Source of the DNA: Eledone cirrhosa
Taxonomy: Eukaryota
Direction of reading: 5' to 3'
Length of the DNA stretch: 64,000 bases
Assembly (NCBI GenBank): GCA_964016885.1
Contig: OZ024752.1
Coordinates: 20,646,001 to 20,710,000, forward strand
How positions within the stretch are numbered: position 1 is the stretch's first letter; the number at the start of each line of letters is the position of its first letter. The notes beneath the pieces are model-generated. The model did not search any database, was not told the origin of the DNA, and was given only the letters and a program-made list of their open reading frames with translations. Below are positions 39,701-48,677 of the stretch, in pieces. The translations under genes and the position numbers were made by a program.

Positions 39701-42700
39701 TTACTGTCATAGGCGTCAAGTAAAATATCTCTGAATTTGTTACTGGCTAAGGGATCTTTCAGCTTCCAGATCTTTCTTCTCCAAGTTGCCTTTTGTTTCA
39801 AAGTTCGTCTAGCTCTGACAATGAGGTTGCTGACTACTAGGCTGTGTTGGGAGGTACATTCCACCCCGGGGATGGCTTTTGTGTTTACAACTGTCCATCT
39901 ATCTCATCCTGTGGTAAGGATAAAATCTATCAGACTAGTATGTTCCCCTGATCTATAGGTGATCAGGTGGTTGTCGGGTTTTTTGAAGTTTGTGTTACAT
40001 ATCGACAGGTCACTGGTGTCACAGAATTCTAGAAGCCTGAAGCCTTCTTCATTTCTTGTGCCAAACCCATAGCCTCCATGGACTCTGTAGAAGCCATCAC
40101 TGTGTTTCCCAACATGTCTATTAAAGTCCCCTGCAATGAGTAGGAAGTCATTGTCGTTTTTTAGGGCAGTAGTGTGCATTAGGGACTCATAAAACATATC
40201 CTTAAGTTCATCTGGCAACCCAGATTGGGGTGCGTAAGCGGATATAATTGTAGCTATTGTTTTGTTTAGGACTAGTCTGAGTTTAATGATTCTCGCGTTC
40301 ACCCTGTTCACTGAGATTACCTTATCTACCCATTTGTCAGCTAATAGTGTACGTACACCACCCAACCTGTTGTCATTTCCTACCCAGAAAAATTCGTAGC
40401 ACTGTTTTTTGCCAACGAGGAGCCAACCAGATCTTCCTCTCCATCTAGTCTCTTGCACACAACATACATCAATTTCCTTTCACTAACATCTCTATAATTT
40501 CTACTGTTCTTCCTTTCATTGTACTCACATTGATGGTGCCGATTCGGAATTTTGGGAGTTGGACATCAATCGGGGAGGGTGGGTGTATGTTTTCTGTATC
40601 TGAATTAAGGATATGCATGGGCGCTTGGAAACATGTGGGTTCATATTCATTCCAAGTTGTCCATCATCTTCAGCTCATCCATAGACAACGATAGACAGAG
40701 ATTTCTCGATAACTAGTAGTAGCATTTGTTGTCGCGGGTGATGGACGAAGGTGTGTTGTGGTTTGATTGGTCAATAAGTCTATGGTGGTGTGTGGGGGTG
40801 GGCGGAGGGAAAACGTGAGATAGATAAGTAAGTCTAGATGGGGCGGCAAAGAAACATTTTGATGAATTTATACGGACATTATAGGCGGCTTGCAAGAAAA
40901 ATAAACAGGGAATGATGTAGGGAGAAAGTAGAAAAATTGATGAATTCATACAGACATTATAAGTGGAATACATTAAAAACCAACTTGCTCGCTTCGTAAT
41001 TTGTAGAATGAATGCAAGAAAAATGATAAATAGGGAGATATATATAAGAGAGAGAGAGAGAGAGTCTGAGAGAGTAAAAGAGAGAGAGGAGATTTTGAAA
41101 ACTGTGCGATATACAAAGTATCAATTGCAAGAGTTGTGGTTCAGTTTGTAAATATATACACATGTGTGTGTGTGTGTGAACATACACCCCCCACACACAC
41201 ATGTTCACATACACATGCACTTACATGTGTTTACATACTCAACCACACATATACACATATACACATACACACAAACAATAAATAATAAAAAATAAAAAAA
41301 CAGCTGATTTACATTTTGATTCCCGACGTTTTGGCATTGAAGATTTATTGGAAAGTTCATCTTTTGTCTGTTGTGCTACTCCTTGGTCCTGACTCCCTTC
41401 TCTGCTGAGAATGTGATGAGCCCCTGAAGTAGCAGCTGGTTCCCTTCTCTCCTGGCTCCCTTCTCTACTGAGGTTGTGCTGGGACCCTGAAGTAGCTGCT
41501 GGACTAGAAGATTTCTTATTGTCAGAGTCTTTCTTCCGTCCACCAAATAGATCTGCATCCATAGCATCCAAATCCTACAAGAGAAGTTTTAGAATGAGGA
41601 TTAAATGTTTCAGTCCTACATCATTGACACCTATGACCCTAAATACAGATAAGATGGTTACAGCTATAACACATATTTAACCCTTTCACATTTAAATTGG
41701 CCATATCCGGTCAGAATTCTCTTACCTCTTTCTGTTCAAACCAGCCATAACCGGCTGCTCATACATATGTTAAGATATTATTCTCAAAATAAATAACTGT
41801 TTCTACTTTAGGCACAAGGCCAGCAATTACCCAGTGCATTTCTGGTACTTTATTTTATCGACCCCGTAAGGATGAAAGGCAAAGTCAACCTCGGCGTGAT
41901 TTGAACTCAGATTGTAAAGGGGCGTAACTATGCTGGAAACCATGGCGTCCGACCCTCTACTGATATTGCCAATCCACCAAATAACATCATCAAACTCTTG
42001 TAGATTCTATATTATGTGAGATAAAGTGCTTTCTGTGAAAATACAATAGTAAATATAGAGTAATGTAAATACTAAAGGGTTAATAATACTTTGATTGGTT
42101 ATATCTCTACCATATTTCTTAACTACAACAACACATTAAATATCATCAATTTTACATTCATTTTCTATGCTGGCATAGATTGGATGGGAAAAATAGCTTG
42201 TCTCCTAGCAGACATTTAACCAGTAACTCCTATCTATATATCATACATTCAGAATGTATAGATACACCCTAACTACCTGCATGACCACCTACAGGCCAAC
42301 AACAGATAAAATAGAGACTACTGTGTTACAAATCAAACAAATCTTGAATTACTACCTCTGTGTCGGAGATCTAGCTATGATTGAAGGTACCTAACAACAC
42401 CACTATTGGTAGCCCTGTTTCATAGGTCTAGATATGACCTGGAAGAATCAACAACACCACCACTAGTACCCCTGTATGTCATAGATCTAGAGCTCAGATG
42501 TTATCTAACAACACCACCATAGGTACCCCTCTGTGTCAAAGATCTAGAGCTCAGAGTCTACTTAACAACACCACCATTGCTACTCCAGTTGATCTAGCTA
42601 TGACTGAGGGTAGTCAACAACACCAATAAAACAATTTAAAGGTCAACTCTGTGGACTAACACGAATACCAACAATTTGAAGTCAACTCTGGACTACTTAC

Positions 42701-42781
42701 ATCCAATGATTTAGCCAATTGGTCAACATCAACATCTGATATGTTAAAATCAGAATCTTCCTCTGTTACAGTAGCAGCCAT
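13488..42781 (-). CDS. FBF1: Fas-binding factor 1 homolog (centriole distal-appendage/transition-fibre coiled-coil protein), 14 coding exons, ~1130 aa
   Basis: Hand-spliced exons 42781-42701, 41574-41313, 36404-36195, 35621-35406, 30299-30197, 29071-28462, 28001-27747, 27568-27468, 27115-26801, 23006-22625, 21259-21116, 17077-16859, 16325-15915, 13571-13488. All introns are GT-AG, phases are consistent, total 3393 nt. Motifs recognised from FBF1 as recalled: DLDAMDADLFG, GLLSDDD, FTFGSYVPS, EREIRLRQENEEL, C-terminal DQEFLMGENIYL. The N-terminus may extend upstream. Confidence 0.9.
13650..14745 (-). mobile_element. CR1-type LINE 3' portion in the last FBF1 intron
   Basis: SGVPQGSVLGPLLF, YADD, ERDLG, VRPHLEFASPVW; interrupted by a ~40-bp RTE tail at 14512-14552. 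Confidence 0.88.
15915..16325 (-). CDS. FBF1: FBF1 coding exon 13
   Basis: catgtag acceptor, gtgaga donor; 137 codons, includes LCFQC. Confidence 0.88.
16859..17077 (-). CDS. FBF1: FBF1 coding exon 12
   Basis: tttccag acceptor, gtaagt donor; 73 codons of coiled coil. Confidence 0.88.
17216..20480 (-). mobile_element. Near-full-length RTE LINE family A (APE endonuclease + RT) in an FBF1 intron
   Basis: ORF 18638-20290 (TLNVGTL, VQE, SAYAPQ, GDFNGHVG, QIDF) and ORF 17658-18641 (YADD); few frameshifts; tail GGACGTAAAATGATGATG; 5' end approximate. Confidence 0.95.
21116..21259 (-). CDS. FBF1: FBF1 coding exon 11
   Basis: gatag acceptor, gtaaga donor; LVEERRALAEEK; 48 codons. Confidence 0.88.
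21880..22210 (+). mobile_element. CR1-type LINE 3' end (same family as 13650)
   Basis: FSMLRVAEAWNKLP and shared 3' UTR; another copy at ~55650-55855. Confidence 0.8.
22625..23006 (-). CDS. FBF1: FBF1 coding exon 10
   Basis: ctttacag acceptor, gtaagt donor; coiled-coil ORF 22550-22993. Confidence 0.9.
23050..23330. repeat. Degenerate GGTAGT-rich minisatellite
   Basis: Recurrent ATATAATGGTAGTGGTGGTAGTTGGAGTGGAGGTAG. Confidence 0.7.
24819..26080 (-). mobile_element. Tc1/mariner-superfamily DD37D (maT) transposon, full length, frameshifted
   Basis: TIRs CAGGGTGCAGACGATATCTGTTCGCAA / TTGCGAACAAATATCGTCCACACCCTG, TA flanks; FSDEK, QQDSAPCH, SPDYNPLD with 37 residues between the last two D. Confidence 0.93.
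26170..26760 (-). mobile_element. Fragment of a different RTE (Expander/Rex3-like) family with internal duplication
   Basis: Minus strand reads VEKFKYLGAVFTSEG...LPTLTYG; ~60-bp direct repeat at 26303 and 26680; related piece at 16500-16620. Confidence 0.6.
26801..27115 (-). CDS. FBF1: FBF1 coding exon 9
   Basis: tttccag acceptor, gtatgt donor; SRFQLIEDTQQEREIRLRQENEEL. Confidence 0.9.
27130..27460. repeat. GA-rich minisatellite filling FBF1 intron 8
   Basis: Units (GA)n-GTGAGATGTG(A/G)A of about 20-24 bp. Confidence 0.92.
27468..27568 (-). CDS. FBF1: FBF1 coding exon 8 (IHRLQIEKEQL...)
   Basis: ctaatag acceptor, gtcagt donor; start of the coiled coil; phase 0 to 2. Confidence 0.85.
27747..28001 (-). 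CDS. FBF1: FBF1 coding exon 7
   Basis: Poly-T aacag acceptor, gtaatg donor; 85 codons. Confidence 0.82.
28462..29071 (-). CDS. FBF1: FBF1 coding exon 6
   Basis: gatag acceptor, gtaaat donor; ORF 28321-29082 with DWL motifs; phase 2 to 0. Confidence 0.85.
30113..30185. repeat. (GA)n microsatellite
   Basis: Pure GA run. Confidence 0.95.
30197..30299 (-). CDS. FBF1: FBF1 coding exon 5
   Basis: ttgccag acceptor, gtaggc donor; EEDFTFGSYVPS; phase 1 to 2. Confidence 0.85.
30321..33337. repeat. ~3-kb (TAGTA/CAGTA)n pentamer satellite
   Basis: Visible directly; source of the YYTIL/CTVL pseudo-ORFs. Confidence 0.98.
33339..34440 (-). mobile_element. Helitron-type element remnant enclosing an RTE fragment
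   Basis: CTAG + CCCGGCGTTGCTTGGG terminus at 33339; 34282-34436 matches 7955-8140. Confidence 0.6.
33728..34280 (+). mobile_element. RTE LINE C-terminal fragment
   Basis: ORF 33795-34232 MKGRLYNACIRTAMLHGSETW...GRPRKTW. Confidence 0.88.
35091..35375 (+). mobile_element. tRNA-head CORE-like SINE with a different (L2-like) tail; second copy 57407-57678 on the minus strand
   Basis: Same head/core as 4356 but ends GGCCTGATGAGCCTCTAGACTTGAGACAGACTTT. Confidence 0.7.
35406..35621 (-). CDS. FBF1: FBF1 coding exon 4
   Basis: tttctag acceptor, gtaagt donor; KKAVTFNNEEDVFDDLGL; phase 1 to 1. Confidence 0.85.
36195..36404 (-). CDS. FBF1: FBF1 coding exon 3
   Basis: ttccag acceptor, gtaaat donor; encodes DDNIDLTGLLSDDD; phase 1 to 1. 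Confidence 0.85.
36690..37232 (-). mobile_element. Old RTE LINE RT fragment
   Basis: Degenerate match to the RT region of families A/B. Confidence 0.65.
37280..40620 (-). mobile_element. Near-full-length, decayed RTE LINE family B in an FBF1 intron
   Basis: Fragmented ORFs 39904-40458 (APE), 39274-39864, 38662-38931, 37995-38210, 37711-37959; highly similar to 716-2630. Confidence 0.92.
41313..41574 (-). CDS. FBF1: FBF1 coding exon 2 (DLDAMDADLFGG...)
   Basis: Acceptor ttgtag, donor gtaaat; phase 0 to 1; ORF 41239-41571. Confidence 0.88.
41681..42079. mobile_element. piggyBac-type MITE with nested SINE (41795-41980)
   Basis: TTAA-CCCTTT...AAAGGG-TTAA; homologous to 58879-59086. Confidence 0.75.
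42330..42630. repeat. Degenerate ~55-60-bp minisatellite
   Basis: Recurrent AACAACACCAC...GATCTAG units. Confidence 0.7.
42701..42781 (-). CDS. FBF1: FBF1 coding exon 1 (MAATVTEEDSDFNISDVDVDQLAKSLD)
   Basis: ATG at 42781; donor GAT|GTAAGT; upstream NAGNAG acceptor tttagcag near 42801-42806. Confidence 0.8.
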
Positions 42782-45700
42782 GTTTCTATAGAAATTTTCA
42801 CTGCTAAATGAAGAGACAAAAGGAGAATATTTAGGGACATATATACAATGTAGTGGTGAGAGTATACATGCTGAATTGTTATATTAAAGGGAGATATGAT
42901 AAAAAGGACTACTATAAGGTAAGAAAACCACAGAGTTGGTGGTGGGGTGAGATTCTAAAGATATTGAACGGTAGTTTCCTAACTATGAAGGCTTGGAGAG
43001 AAATGCATCCAGCATATTCCATTGTGTGTGTGATGTTAGTATGCATGAATTCCATTGTGTGTGTGATGTTAGAAGTATGGATGTGCAAGAAAAAAGATTA
43101 CACTGGGATGAACACAATGATGCATATGGATGATAATTGTTGGGATGAAGAAGTGCCAACAATTCTTAGAGGAAAGAAGCTGTGGAAGAGGAAGAAAGCC
43201 ATGGAAAACCCGGGTAGAATTGATGAGAGCTAATCTCAGAATACTGAATCCCACAGAGACGACAAAGGAAGGTTAAATGTGGAGGGAAACTGTGCTGGAC
43301 AAGATCTAACTAAATTTATACAAGTATGAAAAAGGATGTAAAACTAATGTAATGGCAAAGATAATGACCAAAAAGTTGGAGGAGATATCAAATATATCTA
43401 AAATATTTAGCCTGAATGAGAGCATCTGTGTCAGTAACCCTTGTAAGGTCTTCTAGGAGTTGCGAGGTTGATGTGACTATTGCTTAGGTTGATTTCTGCA
43501 GAGAATGTAGACAGAGGGGAGTTTCCATAGGGGGTTGAAGTTAAGGAGGCAGAGAGAGAACTGAAGAAAATGTTGTAAAAAAAGGAAAAAAAAAATATAA
43601 GCCCTAAATGAGATGAAGTTATGAAATTAATATATTTACACACCTGTTAGTTGGCTTAGTTTTACCATTGTCCTATCAAAATATAAAATAAATGAATTAG
43701 AAATATACAAAATGAAAAAAACACTGGGTGGATTTGTTAGGCTGGGTAATAGTGGGGACTATTAGTTTCATAGTCAACAATATTAAACAGCAAAAACTTG
43801 TATGATTGGCATGGCATCAATGATGAAAAACTCATAATTCATAAAGATTCGGTCAATCTATTCTATTGCTCCTTGATGTTTCAAGACAGAAAAGATTAGT
43901 CTTGCAATCATGGTCCGATACCTCGAGACAAATATACTTAATATTACATACCAAAGGTCTTCTTGCAGTCTTGGGTCCTGAAAACCAATAATAACAAATA
44001 ATAACATTAATGGTGATGATGATCACAATTTTTTATTTTCATACAAGATAACATACTGGTTGGATTAATGTTGTCAATTTCAACAACTCCAGAACATAAC
44101 TGGCATTTATTTTATTGATGACAGATGGAAATCAAAGTTGATCCTAGCAGGATTTGATCTCAGAATGTAAAGGAGATCAAAGCTACACACCCCTACTAAA
44201 ACAATGGTCTCAGGTATACAGTATCTCACCCTATTCATTACACATTTACTTTTATACTTTGCTCATGATGAGTCTCTCCAGCCAATTCAGAATTAAACCT
44301 CCTCTTACCACATTTCTAATGTACTACAACAAATGTTTTAAAGTCTCTTTCCTTGCTAAAGCAATAGTTAGCCTTTTGAGGCCCATGTCAAGCTTCTCCA
44401 TTTTGCCCTATCGCTTGCATCATCCCTCACCAAGCCGCTGGCTTTCAATTCCTCTTTCATCATCTTTAGCCATGTCTTTCATGGTCTTACCCTTCCTCTA
44501 CTTCCTTCCACATTTATTTCCATCACTCCTGAAGGATGAAAGTTACTGAGTGTATATTACATCCTTCCATAATAATGCATGACATTCCATTTCTCTTCAC
44601 AACATTCACTGGAGTATAAAATACAATAAAAAATATTTACTCACGTGTGACCATCCTGCTGACACATGGCTGAAATATTAGAGTAGAATAAATACACCAT
44701 TACAATGTTGATGATACTTCTCTCTGAGTGAAGGACATATTGTATGAAGTGTGATGTTGCATGGCAGTGAGACATGGGTGGTAAATGCAGTGGATTTATG
44801 AAGGTTGGACAGAAATGAGGCATGCATGCTCTGTTGGATGTGTAATGTTAGGTTACTATTAAGCTGGTGTTTGGAGAATAGCTTAAAGGTTCTTACATAA
44901 AATTATGATGGAAGGTTTTAAGATAAATATAAACAGCCCCACTTGCTGCTGTTACTGCTTCCACTGCTAGACAAGACTAACCCTATTTCAATGGAACATG
45001 ACTCCACACAGGCTTTTTTATTTGGTCTTTTTTCTCACATTATACCAACAGATACTTATGTTCTGCTGTGTGGGCTGTCCTAAAATGGTCCTTCCAATAT
45101 TGTACAAAACCATTTGGATAGCTGGAAGCTGTGAAGTAATGACATATTTTCTATTTCTATATTTGCCTGTAATTCTCTCTTTCCCTCTTCTTTCATGGCC
45201 CTGGCTGCCATTTCTAGAAGGCTTTGAGTTCGTTGGCTGTCACTGACCCCTTTTTTCCATCCCCAGTTGATTCGATTAACGGAACAGCCTGCTCGTGAAA
45301 TAGCTCATTCCACAAACACGTGCATTCTTGATACCAGGTGTTACAAGGCTGGACATTTGAATTACAGGCCCAACTCATTTTTGCCAGTTGAATGTGGGGT
45401 TGGAGCCTTGCCAGAAGTATAAGAGCCAGTGATGTCATGGGACTGGAGGGCCTTGCCAGAAGTAGCAGGGCACTGTGATGTCATGAAACAGGAGGCAGGA
45501 AGCAGCATCGCAAGCTTTCTCTTTTTCGCCCTTTTGGCCAATGGGATTGGGGAAGGAGGGTGTGGTGTTTATTCCATGTGTAGGGGACATATGAGTATAT
45601 TTTCTGGTCATAGGGTAGAGTTGTATTGGGCGCTTACAGGCAACAGATATACCACATTCTGGAGAAGATCAGCTGGTGAGACGTCCCGCAAAGTAGGTGA

Positions 45701-46814
45701 GCTACATGTCACATCTGAACCTCAGAGTGGACTGGAGCAACATAAAATAAAGTGTCTTGCTCAAAATTGAATTAATGATCTTTATGAAGGTAGTCGAACA
45801 CCCAAAACACTAAGTCAGATGTCTTCACTATTAATTAAGTCACATATTTATAGAGTAGGATAGTGTGGAGGATTGACAGTATCGGTAGAGCGTTGAACAA
45901 CTTTCTTTGTGGCATAGAGTTAAAATCCGCACTGGGGTCGATTTAATCGACTTTCCCCTCCCCCCAAAACTGCTAGCCTTGTACCTAAATCAGAAAGTAT
46001 ATTTATATAATAGAATAATGAAGTGTGACGGTAGAGCCTTTCTCAATAATTTAAACAACAACACAAGTCGACCTAAAATATATCTGATATCTGAGAATTC
46101 CATCAGTCGAGAGAACATTTGTATAAATTATTCAAGATTCTATCTGACAAATTAGCACGATAGAATGAGGAACGGTGGAAACTTGGAATCGATTACCAAT
46201 TGAAATTGTCGAATCAAAGACAACCGGCAAAACTAGTTTAATGTACCGCCACTTCGACTTTATTTCCTCGGAACTTTCTTAATGATGAATTATTGAACTT
46301 TGGCAAAAGTACATTTTCTTTGTGATAACATTTTTTTTAATAAATATAAATTATTATTAATTTAAAAATTTTTTTTTTTATCATAGTAAATTCGTTAATG
46401 CTTTATTAACTAAATACTTCGAGTCTGTCTTTGGTATGTAGGTAGGTTTAAACATGAATTCGAAAATGACAGCCGATTCCATGGTGATAACGTAATACAC
46501 CTTCTGCTGGAACGTAGTCATTTCTACAACTATGAATTACAAATAATATAATAATTGTTTCTACTTTTGACACAACGCCAGCAATTATGGTACCTTATTT
46601 TATCGACCCCCGTAAGGATGAAAGGTAAAGTTAACCTCGTCGGGATTTGAACTCAGAATGGAGAGGGCCGTAACTCTTTGCTGCAAAGCATGGCGTCCGG
46701 CCCTGATTTAGGCACAGAGCCAAACATTTGGGTTGAGGGGCAAGTCGATTAAAATCCAGCCTAGTGCGTTAGTGGTACTTTATTTTCTAGACGCCTTAAG
46801 GATGAATGGATTAC

Positions 46815-47060
46815 GACTGCTTTCGCTGGCGAACGGAATAAAATTCGGAAATACCAGGATTTATCAAACAATTACTTTTTTCCAGCCTGTGGCGTTCGGC
46901 GGCTACCTTACTGAGGTGTCAGGTGAAGCTCGTGAGGGTACCTGGTTATTTTAGCGCCTTAGCAGTGCAATCACCCGTGGTAATGCTGCAGCGTGTTGGC
47001 TTGCCTGCATGTGTAGTTAACCCCTAAGGTATGAGGTGTTGCCGATTGTCGTACTTAATG
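46815..47060 (+). mobile_element. CRE-like non-LTR retrotransposon C-terminal fragment
   Basis: Translates with frameshifts as KIRKYQDL...PVA...SGEAREGTWLF*RLSSAITRGNAA. Confidence 0.6.
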
Positions 47061-48181
47061 GTGAATTGTCGTCTCCCCCCATCCCCCTCTATTTTTTTTC
47101 CTTTATCATTCTTGTTCAGGAATTTATATTTTTGTACATATTTGTCTTTCTAAACGAATGGCGAGCAATTTTTTATGTTATTTACCCATTTGTTGTTATT
47201 TATGTATATATTTAAAACATATTTGCAACGTTATTCTTCTGTAAATTTATATAATTATAGTAAAAATATTTTGTAATTTACGTTATTAATAATAAAATCA
47301 GTTATTAATTAGCCGATTATAGAATGATAATTAAAAAAATAAGATTTTCTTTTTCAACATGATCATAATCTACATATTTGAAAATGTAAAAATTTCTTTA
47401 AAAATTATGTATTATTAAAAAGTCGTTAGTGGGAGCACTAAACTAAAGTTATACCGGGCACTCAACAAACAAAAACAAATAGATGTTGTAAGATTCAGAA
47501 CAATTTGTTTGAAAATGTCCTAATATACGGAAAAGGCACACAAACAGCAAGTTGGTATTTACAATTAGAATTGACCAAAACGGACGTCTCGAAGAATGCC
47601 TCGTTCTTGACGAAATTTTCAAAACTTCAGTAATTCTGAGATAGCATGTTCACTACTTTTAACCAACCCCTTTCTAAAACGGTGTCCGTAAAAATACCTT
47701 CTCTTCCTCACAACAATAATTTATTCCACTTTGCGGAATTTTTTCTCCTTATTTTCTAACACGAATTTACTGGGGAGGGGGTCTAACGTTTAATTATTAC
47801 ATCTCAAATGAAAACAAATTAATTATTATACGGCAAACATATTTGAATGTTATCAATGCAGTTGTCACATTCCAGAGACATTATGATACAGGTATAGTTA
47901 GCACGGTGTCAGTTAAGGATAATACCCAGAGACATAGAGGAACAATTATATAACCAACAACAGTCATTTTAGCCATGTGTCAAAATAAGATTTAAAATAT
48001 GGGAAATATTTAAATATAAAAGTAACTTTTTATCGGACATACAGTCAGATAAATAAAAAGGAATCTTTGCATAAATGTTGAACTTATAAAAAGATTAAAA
48101 TAAAGACTAAGTTAATAATTAGATACAGAGAGGGTAGATAGAAAAAGATAATATTAAAATTGTAGGAAAGGACTGACTTAC

Positions 48182-48260
48182 CCAGATTTAGATAACAGCA
48201 CCAGGGTGGTAGCTGCTACTGTTAGCGGTGTTGGTTTATAATAAAAACACAACTGACATT
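48182..48260 (-). other. FBF1: Putative non-coding first exon of FBF1 (5' boundary approximate)
   Basis: Strong minus-strand donor CTGG|GTAAGT at 48182/48181, ~100 bp from the X-box. Confidence 0.55.
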
Positions 48261-48280
48261 TTCCTCTCAGCCGCGTCACG

Positions 48281-48294
48281 GTTGTCATCGCAAC
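48281..48294. promoter_or_regulatory. RFX X-box in the FBF1/NME5 bidirectional promoter
   Basis: GTTGTCATCGCAAC (reverse complement GTTGCGATGACAAC), near-palindromic match to GTTGCCATGGCAAC, lying between the 5' ends of two ciliary genes. Confidence 0.75.
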
Positions 48295-48542
48295 CACTGA
48301 CATTGACATACAACAATAGAATATAAGAAGGGTGATTGAAGAGAGGAAGAAAGATAAAGGAGAGAAGAAGCTAGTGAGAGAAATAAATACATAGAGAGAG
48401 AGAGAGAAAGAGGAGAGGAAAACCCAGAAATACAAAGTAGTAAAAACAGTGAGAGAAATATAGAGAGAGGGAGTTGTACATAGCAAAGAAGAACTAAAAA
48501 GGGAGCGATAACAAGGAACACAGTATATTGTAATCTCTAACG

Positions 48543-48677
48543 ATGTCTGAGAAAGTAAATAAATGTCTGGCCAACACAAATCTTGAGAAAACTTTAGCTA
48601 TTATCAAGCCAGATGCTACAGAGAATGCTAATGTGATAGAAGATATTATATTACGAGCAGGTTTCACTATTATCGAT
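48543..48677 (+). CDS. NME5: NME5 coding exon 1
   Basis: MSEKVNKCLANTNLEKTLAIIKPDATENANVIEDIILRAGFTIID then gtaagt. Confidence 0.9.

Noticed and set aside
42330-42630. CRISPR-like repeat-spacer pattern
   Set aside because: Eukaryotic intron; the units are degenerate along their whole length (minisatellite), with no cas genes
45775-45825. TTTATGAAGG...CCAAAAC...GTC hammerhead-like trace
   Set aside because: Both core boxes are mutated and the stems are weak; not distinguishable from chance
48258-48270. Plus-strand acceptor-like TTTTCCTCTCAG upstream of NME5
   Set aside because: No matching upstream donor or exon identified; it overlaps the presumed promoter
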